Virus record (IMG/VR): IMGVR_UViG_2526164596_000016
DNA length: 33,174 nucleotides
Source of the DNA: a virus
Taxonomy: Duplodnaviria; Heunggongvirae; Uroviricota; Caudoviricetes
Reading direction: 5' to 3' (one strand)
The notes beneath the pieces were generated by a model. The model searched no databases and had not been told where the DNA came from. It saw only the letters and a list, made by a program, of their open reading frames with translations. Numbering within the stretch: the stretch's first letter is position 1; each line of letters starts with the position of its first letter. Below are positions 27,212 through 33,174 of this stretch, piece after piece. The position numbers and the translations under genes are program-made.

Positions 27212-27487
27212 ATGAACAAAGAAAATGTCATTACCCTGGACAATCCGGTCAAACGTGGTGAGCAGGTTATCGAACAGGTCACGCTGATGAAACCCAATGC
27301 CGGGACGCTGCGCGGTGTCAGTCTGGCAGCGGTCGCGAACTCCGAAGTCGATGCACTGATTAAGGTGCTGCCGCGCATGACGGCACCGATGCTGACCGAG
27401 CAGGAAGTCGCCGCGCTGGAACTGCCTGACCTTGTGGCGCTGGCCGGTAAGGTGGTCGGTTTTTTGTCGCCGAACTCGGTGCAGTGA
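27212..27487 (+). CDS. E: Tail assembly chaperone E
   Basis: 91-aa ORF upstream of the tape measure gene. Confidence 0.8.
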   Translation: MNKENVITLDNPVKRGEQVIEQVTLMKPNAGTLRGVSLAAVANSEVDALIKVLPRMTAPMLTEQEVAALELPDLVALAGKVVGFLSPNSVQ

Positions 27488-27639
27488 CGTTTCCAAAAAA
27501 TCTCTCGGTCGATGACCTGATGGCGGATGTGGCAGTGATATTTCACTGGCCGCCATCAGAACTGTATCCCATGAGCCTGACCGAACTCATCACATGGCGC
27601 GAAAAGGCGCTCCGGCGAAGCGGAAACACGAATGAGTAA
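27212..27639 (+). CDS. Tail assembly chaperone E+E' fusion made by -1 programmed frameshift at T TTT TTG (27460-27466)
   Basis: Slippery heptamer read directly; the -1 frame is open from 27466 to TAA at 27637-27639, overlapping the T start codon. Confidence 0.65.
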
Positions 27640-30079
27640 CAATGTAAAATTACAGGTATTGCTCAGGGCTGTTGACCAGGCATCCCGCCCGTTTAAATCC
27701 ATCCGCACAGCGAGTAAGTCGCTGTCGGGGGATATCCGGGAAACACAAAAATCACTGCGCGAGCTGAACGGTCAGGCATCCCGTATTGAGGGATTCCGCA
27801 AGACCAGTGCACAGCTCGCCGTGACTGGTCATGCACTTGAAAAGGCACGGCAGGAGGCCGAAGCCCTTGCCACACAGTTTAAAAATACCGAACGTCCGAC
27901 CCGTGCTCAGGCGAAAGTGCTGGAATCCGCAAAGCGTGCGGCGGAGGACTTACAGGCGAAATATAACCGCCTGACGGATTCCGTTAAACGCCAGCAGCGG
28001 GAACTGGCCGCTGTGGGAATTAATGCCCGCAATCTTGCACATGATGAGCAGGGACTGAAAAACCGTATCAGTGAAACCACCGCACAACTTAACCGTCAGC
28101 GCGACGCGCTGGCGCGTGTCAGTGCGCAACAGGCAAAACTTAACGCAGTAAAACAGCGTTATCAGGCCGGAAAGGAACTGGCCGGAAATATGGCCTCAGT
28201 AGGCGCTGCCGGTGTGGGGATTGCGGCGGCGGGAACGATGGCCGGAGTTAAGTTGCTGATGCCCGGTTATGAGTTTGCGCAGAAAAACTCAGAATTGCAG
28301 GCCGTGCTAGGTGTGGCAAAAGACTCCGCCGAAATGGCTGCACTACGCAAGCAGGCGCGCCAGCTCGGCGACAACACCGCCGCCTCGGCGGATGATGCTG
28401 CCGGTGCACAGATTATTATCGCGAAAGCCGGTGGGGATGTTGATGCCATTCAGGCGGCAACGCCGGTCACGCTGAATATGGCGCTGGCGAACCGTCGCAC
28501 GATGGAAGAAAACGCCGCCCTGCTGATGGGGATGAAATCCGCCTTTCAGCTTTCAAACGATAAGGTCGCTCATATCGGGGATGTTCTCTCCATGACGATG
28601 AACAAAACCGCCGCCGATTTTGACGGCATGAGCGATGCGCTGACCTATGCCGCACCTGTGGCAAAAAATGCCGGTGTCAGCATTGAAGAAACCGCCGCAA
28701 TGGTCGGGGCGCTGCATGATGCAAAAATCACAGGCTCAATGGCGGGGACGGGAAGCCGTGCCGTGTTAAGCCGCCTGCAGGCACCGACGGGAAAAGCATG
28801 GGATGCACTCAAAGAGCTTGGAGTGAAAACCTCAGACAGCAAGGGAAACACCCGACCAGTATTTACCATTCTGAAAGAAATGCAGGCCAGTTTTGAGAAA
28901 AACCGGCTCGGTACTGCCCAGCAGGCTGAATACATGAAAACTATTTTCGGGGAGGAGGCCAGCTCAGCCGCCGCCGTGCTGATGACTGCCGCCTCAACCG
29001 GAAAGCTGGACAAACTGACCGCTGCGTTTAAAGCCTCAGACGGGAAGACCGCCGAGCTGGTAAATATCATGCAGGACAACCTCGGCGGTGACTTTAAAGA
29101 GTTTCAGTCCGCTTATGAGGCGGTGGGGACTGACCTGTTTGACCAGCAGGAAGGCGCACTGCGTAAGCTCACGCAGACGGCCACAAAGTATGTGTTAAAA
29201 CTCGACGGCTGGATACAGAAAAACAAATCACTGGCGTCAACCATCGGCATCATTGTCGGTGGTGCACTGGCACTGATTGGTGTCATCGGTGCCATTGGCC
29301 TCGTAGCCTGGCCGGTTATCACCGGCATCAATGCCATCATCGCGGCAGCAGGCGCAATGGGGGCAGTCTTCACGACGGTTGGCAGTGCTGTTATGACCGC
29401 CATCGGGGCTATTAGCTGGCCGGTTGTGGCCGTGGTGGCCGCAATTGTCGCCGGGGCGTTGCTTATCCGTAAATACTGGGAGCCTGTCAGCACATTCTTT
29501 GGCGGTGTGGTGGAAGGGCTGAAAGCGGCATTTGCGCCGGTGGGGGAACTGTTCACGCCACTTAAGCCGGTGTTTGACTGGCTGGGCGAAAAGTTACAGG
29601 CCGCGTGGCAGTGGTTTAAAAACCTGATCGCCCCGGTTAAAGCCATCCAGGACACCCTGAACCGTTGCCGTGACACGGGCGTCATGTTCGGGCAGGCACT
29701 GGCTGACGCGTTGATGCTGCCGCTTAATGCGTTCAACAAACTGCGCAGTGGTATTGACTGGGTACTGGAAAAACTCGGTGTTATCAACAAAGAGTCAGAC
29801 ACACTTGACCAGACCGCCGCCAGAACTCATGCCGCCACGTATGGCACCGGTGGTTATATTCCGGCGACCAGCTCTTATGCAGGCTATCAGGCTTATCAGC
29901 CGGTTACGGCACCGGCTGGCCGCTCTTATGTGGACCAGAGTAAAAACGAATATCACATCAGTCTGACGGGCGGTACTGCGCCGGGGACTCAGCTCGACCG
30001 CCAGTTACAGGATGCGCTCGAAAAATACGAGCGGGATAAACGTGCGCGCGCCCGTGCCAGCATGATGCATGACGGTTAA
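27632..30079 (+). CDS. T: Tail tape measure protein T
   Basis: 815-aa ORF with a coiled-coil N-terminal region and Gly/Ala-rich hydrophobic segments. Confidence 0.9.
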   Translation: MSNNVKLQVLLRAVDQASRPFKSIRTASKSLSGDIRETQKSLRELNGQASRIEGFRKTSAQLAVTGHALEKARQEAEALATQFKNTERPTRAQAKVLESAKRAAEDLQAKYNRLTDSVKRQQRELAAVGINARNLAHDEQGLKNRISETTAQLNRQRDALARVSAQQAKLNAVKQRYQAGKELAGNMASVGAAGVGIAAAGTMAGVKLLMPGYEFAQKNSELQAVLGVAKDSAEMAALRKQARQLGDNTAASADDAAGAQIIIAKAGGDVDAIQAATPVTLNMALANRRTMEENAALLMGMKSAFQLSNDKVAHIGDVLSMTMNKTAADFDGMSDALTYAAPVAKNAGVSIEETAAMVGALHDAKITGSMAGTGSRAVLSRLQAPTGKAWDALKELGVKTSDSKGNTRPVFTILKEMQASFEKNRLGTAQQAEYMKTIFGEEASSAAAVLMTAASTGKLDKLTAAFKASDGKTAELVNIMQDNLGGDFKEFQSAYEAVGTDLFDQQEGALRKLTQTATKYVLKLDGWIQKNKSLASTIGIIVGGALALIGVIGAIGLVAWPVITGINAIIAAAGAMGAVFTTVGSAVMTAIGAISWPVVAVVAAIVAGALLIRKYWEPVSTFFGGVVEGLKAAFAPVGELFTPLKPVFDWLGEKLQAAWQWFKNLIAPVKAIQDTLNRCRDTGVMFGQALADALMLPLNAFNKLRSGIDWVLEKLGVINKESDTLDQTAARTHAATYGTGGYIPATSSYAGYQAYQPVTAPAGRSYVDQSKNEYHISLTGGTAPGTQLDRQLQDALEKYERDKRARARASMMHDG

Positions 30080-30093
30080 GGAGGTGACGAAAA

Positions 30094-30573
30094 ATGATGC
30101 TCGCGTTAGGTATGTTTGTTTTTATGCGCCAGACGCTGCCACACCAGACCATGCAGCGTGAATCAGATTATCGCTGGCCGTCAAATTCCCGTATCGGTAA
30201 ACGGGATGCCTTTCAGTTTCTCGGTGTTGGCGAGGAAAACATCACGCTTGCCGGTGTGCTTTATCCCGAACTGACCGGCGGAAAGCTGACGATGACCACG
30301 CTCAGGCTGATGGCAGAGGAAGGCCGGGCGTGGCCGTTGCTGGATGGCACAGGCATGATTTACGGCATGTATGTCATCAGCAGGGTGAGTGAAACAGGGA
30401 GTATTTTCTTTGCAGACGGCACACCCCGGAAAATTGATTTTACGCTGTCGCTCACCCGCGTGGATGAATCACTGGCCGCGCTTTATGGCGATATCGGTAA
30501 ACAGGCGGAGTCGCTCATCGGTAAAGCTGGCAGTATGGCGACCAGATTCACGGGTATGACGGGGGCGGGATAA
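30094..30573 (+). CDS. U: Tail protein U
   Basis: 159-aa ORF after T. Confidence 0.85.
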   Translation: MMLALGMFVFMRQTLPHQTMQRESDYRWPSNSRIGKRDAFQFLGVGEENITLAGVLYPELTGGKLTMTTLRLMAEEGRAWPLLDGTGMIYGMYVISRVSETGSIFFADGTPRKIDFTLSLTRVDESLAALYGDIGKQAESLIGKAGSMATRFTGMTGAG

Positions 30574-31736
30574 TGCTGGATGCACTGACATTTGATGCAG
30601 GCAGTACGCTGACGCCGGATTACATGCTGATGCTCGACAGCAGGGATATTACCGGCAATATCAGCGACCGTCTGATGAGTATGACCCTGACGGATAGCCG
30701 GGGCTTTGAGGCTGACCAGCTTGATATTGAACTGAACGATGCCGACGGGCAGGTCGGGCTGCCGGTTCGTGGTGCTGTTCTGACGGTGTATATCGGCTGG
30801 AAAGGTTTTGCCCTGGTATGCAAAGGGAAATTCACCGTTGATGAGGTTGAACACCGGGGCGCGCCGGATGTTGTCACCATCCGCGCCCGGAGTGCAGATT
30901 TTCGCGGGACGCTCAATTCCCGCCGTGAAGGCTCATGGCATGACACCACGCTCGGTGCGATTGTTGAGGCGATAGCCTCCCGTAACAGGCTGAAAGCCAG
31001 TGTCGCTCCGTCACTGGCCGGAATTAAAATCCCGCACATCGACCAGTCGCAGGAGTCTGATGCGAAATTCCTGACCCGTCTTGCAGAACGCAACGGCGGT
31101 GAGGTGTCGGTAAAAATGGGAAAACTGTTGTTTCTCAAAGCGGGGCAGGGGGTGACGGCCAGCGGTAAAAAAATCCCGCAGATTACCATCACCCGCAGCG
31201 ACGGCGACCGCCATCATTTTGCGATTGCTGACCGTGGAGCCTATACCGGCGTAACGGCAAAGTGGTTACACACCAAAGACCCGAAGCCGCAAAAGCAGAA
31301 GGTAAAACTGAAACGCAAAAAGAAAGAAAAACACCTGCGCGCACTGGAGCACCCGAAAGCAAAACCGGTCAGGCAGAAGAAAGCGCCAAAAGTACCGGAA
31401 GCGCGCGAAGGTGAATACATGGCCGGTGAGGCTGACAACGTTTTTGCCCTGACCACGGTATATGCCACGAAAGCACAGGCCATGCGTGCCGCTCAGGCGA
31501 AGTGGGATAAACTGCAACGGGGCGTTGCGGAGTTCTCCATCAGCCTGGCTACCGGTCGTGCAGATATTTACACGGAAACACCGGTCAGAGTGTCAGGCTT
31601 TAAGCGCGTCATAGACGAGCAGGACTGGACCATCACTAAGGTGACACATTTTCTGAATAATAGCGGCTTCACGACGTCCTTAGAGCTTGAGGTCAGGCTT
31701 TCTGATGTGGAGTACGAAACAGAAGATGATGAGTGA
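30573..31736 (+). CDS. D: Tail protein D (late control gene D)
   Basis: 387-aa ORF, start overlapping the U stop. Confidence 0.85.
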   Translation: MLDALTFDAGSTLTPDYMLMLDSRDITGNISDRLMSMTLTDSRGFEADQLDIELNDADGQVGLPVRGAVLTVYIGWKGFALVCKGKFTVDEVEHRGAPDVVTIRARSADFRGTLNSRREGSWHDTTLGAIVEAIASRNRLKASVAPSLAGIKIPHIDQSQESDAKFLTRLAERNGGEVSVKMGKLLFLKAGQGVTASGKKIPQITITRSDGDRHHFAIADRGAYTGVTAKWLHTKDPKPQKQKVKLKRKKKEKHLRALEHPKAKPVRQKKAPKVPEAREGEYMAGEADNVFALTTVYATKAQAMRAAQAKWDKLQRGVAEFSISLATGRADIYTETPVRVSGFKRVIDEQDWTITKVTHFLNNSGFTTSLELEVRLSDVEYETEDDE

Positions 31737-31817
31737 CGTTTTTATTTTATCTATTTGTTTTATAAGGATAAATTAACTAAAATGGCACCATCAACAAAAC
31801 CGGAAGAGGTGCTCGCG

Positions 31818-32036
31818 ATGTTTCATTGTCCTTTATGCCAGCATGCCGCACATGCGCGTACAAGCCGCTATATCACTGACACGACAAAAGAGCGTTATCA
31901 TCAGTGCCAGAACGTGAATTGCAGTGCCACGTTCATCACTTATGAGTCGGTACAGCGATACATCGTGAAGCCGGGAGAAGTCCACGCCGTAAGGCCGCAC
32001 CCGTTGCCGTCAGGGCAGCAAATTATGTGGATGTGA
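31818..32036 (+). CDS. ogr: Late gene transcriptional activator Ogr (zinc finger)
   Basis: ORF 31755-32036; start taken at MFHCPLCQHAAHARTSRYI (72 aa); CPLC...CQNVNC zinc-binding motif. Confidence 0.85.
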   Translation: MFHCPLCQHAAHARTSRYITDTTKERYHQCQNVNCSATFITYESVQRYIVKPGEVHAVRPHPLPSGQQIMWM

Positions 32037-32045
32037 TCACAAAAA

Positions 32046-32071
32046 TAGCCCCTCAGTTGAGGGGCTTTATT
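32046..32071 (+). terminator. Rho-independent terminator after ogr (stem AGCCCCTC/GAGGGGCT, loop AGTT, then TTATTT)
   Basis: Read directly 10 nt after the ogr stop. Confidence 0.7.
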
Positions 32072-32077
32072 TATGGT

Positions 32078-32098
32078 CGATGTGGACGTTATGTGGAC
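32078..32098 (+). promoter_or_regulatory. Tandem direct repeats ATGTGGAC (32079-32086 and 32090-32097); candidate integrase arm-type sites in the attR P arm
   Basis: Repeats read directly one helical turn apart; the link to Int arm binding is a tentative recollection. Confidence 0.3.
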
Positions 32099-32163
32099 AG
32101 TGGTTGATATAAATCCATTTATATCATCAGGTTAGGTGCTTTTTTGTGACACCATCCCTGTCT

Positions 32164-32189
32164 TCCCCCACATGATGTGGGGGTTTTTT
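32164..32189 (+). terminator. Hairpin CCCCCAC-ATGAT-GTGGGGG followed by T7; rho-independent terminator of uncertain (phage or host) origin
   Basis: Read directly upstream of fieF. Confidence 0.55.
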
Positions 32190-32271
32190 TATCCTCAATT
32201 TGCCTGCTGCTTAATGCATTGCAGATGATTTGCTTCCGTTATACTAGCGTCAGTTGATAGCGGGAGTATTT

Positions 32272-33174
32272 ATGAATCAATCTTATGGACGGCTGGTCAG
32301 TCGGGCGGCGATTGCTGCGACGGCGATGGCTTCGTTGCTATTGCTGATTAAAATTTTTGCATGGTGGTATACCGGGTCGGTGAGTATTCTCGCCGCGCTG
32401 GTGGATTCGCTGGTGGATATCGGCGCGTCGTTGACGAATTTACTGGTGGTGCGATATTCCCTGCAACCTGCCGACGATAATCACTCGTTTGGTCACGGTA
32501 AAGCAGAGTCCCTCGCGGCGCTGGCGCAAAGTATGTTTATCTCCGGTTCGGCACTATTCCTGTTTTTGACGGGTATTCAACATCTGATATCTCCAACACC
32601 GATGACAGATCCAGGCGTCGGGGTTATCGTGACAATTGTGGCGCTAATTTGTACGATTATCCTTGTCTCGTTTCAGCGTTGGGTGGTGCGCCGGACGCAA
32701 AGCCAGGCGGTGCGGGCTGATATGCTACATTACCAGTCTGATGTTATGATGAACGGCGCAATTCTGCTGGCGCTGGGGTTGTCCTGGTACGGCTGGCATC
32801 GCGCCGATGCTCTGTTTGCATTGGGAATCGGCATCTATATTTTATATAGCGCGTTACGCATGGGATATGAGGCGGTACAGTCATTACTGGATCGCGCATT
32901 GCCTGATGAGGAACGGCAAGAAATTATTGATATCGTGACTTCCTGGCCGGGTGTTAGCGGCGCTCACGATCTTCGCACGCGGCAGTCAGGGCCGACCCGC
33001 TTTATTCAGATTCATTTGGAAATGGAAGACTCTCTGCCTTTGGTTCAGGCACATATGGTGGCGGATCAGGTAGAGCAGGCTATTTTACGGCGTTTTCCGG
33101 GATCGGATGTAATTATCCATCAGGACCCCTGTTCCGTCGTACCCAGGGAGGGTAAACGGTCTATGCTTTCATAA
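32272..33174 (+). CDS. fieF: Cation-diffusion-facilitator ferrous iron/zinc efflux transporter FieF (YiiP), host chromosomal gene
   Basis: ORF 32254-33174; start taken at [27 protein letters not shown] giving 300 aa; matches E. coli FieF as recalled, with CDF transmembrane organisation. Confidence 0.9.

Larger units (their letters stand above)
1..32100. mobile_element. P2-like prophage, int through ogr; attL lies left of the window, attR lies somewhere in 32037-32271
   Basis: Complete P2 gene order in prophage orientation (int, C, cox, A, cos, Q, P, O, N, M, L, X, Y, K, lysABC, R, S, V, W, J, I, H, G, FI, FII, E, T, U, D, ogr) followed by host fieF. Right boundary is approximate. Confidence 0.9.

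Noticed and set aside
28267-29802. Long minus-strand ORFs (28645-29079, 29113-29802 and others) inside the tape measure gene
   Set aside because: The tape measure gene is Ala/Gly-rich and GC-rich, which leaves long stop-free antisense frames; the products are low-complexity Ala/Ser/Thr-rich with no motif.
32037-32271. tRNA gene as the integration target at the prophage right end
   Set aside because: No cloverleaf-compatible sequence, conserved T-loop GTTC motif or 3' CCA context is visible; the junction lies in an intergenic region upstream of fieF instead.

Overview
The window is almost entirely one P2-like (Peduovirus-type) prophage in an Escherichia coli chromosome, read from the integrase at the left edge to ogr, followed by the host gene fieF (32272-33174). 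The backbone is near-canonical P2: int and repressor C leftward, cox and the early/replication operon through A rightward, then cos, the Q-P and O-N-M-L capsid/terminase genes, the lysis cassette, and the tail genes through D and ogr. Three places depart from that backbone. (1) The A-to-cos slot, where P2 itself carries tin/old, holds an AT-rich cargo island with a Dcm-like C5-cytosine methyltransferase convergent on a leftward operon encoding a ParB/Srx-like nuclease-domain protein and a 331-aa protein of unknown function; the ParB-like frame is interrupted at an A7 run. This is the best candidate for an undescribed defence or restriction-modification-like system. (2) The S-V junction carries an AT-rich antisense gene for a small membrane protein. 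(3) The tail-fibre region is a Hin/Gin-type invertible switch with hix-like crossover sites, an alternative H C-terminus and chaperone, and an adjacent serine invertase. No tRNA, rRNA or CRISPR array was seen. All protein assignments rest on reading the six-frame translations, motif recognition and recalled P2 gene order; no database search was run.
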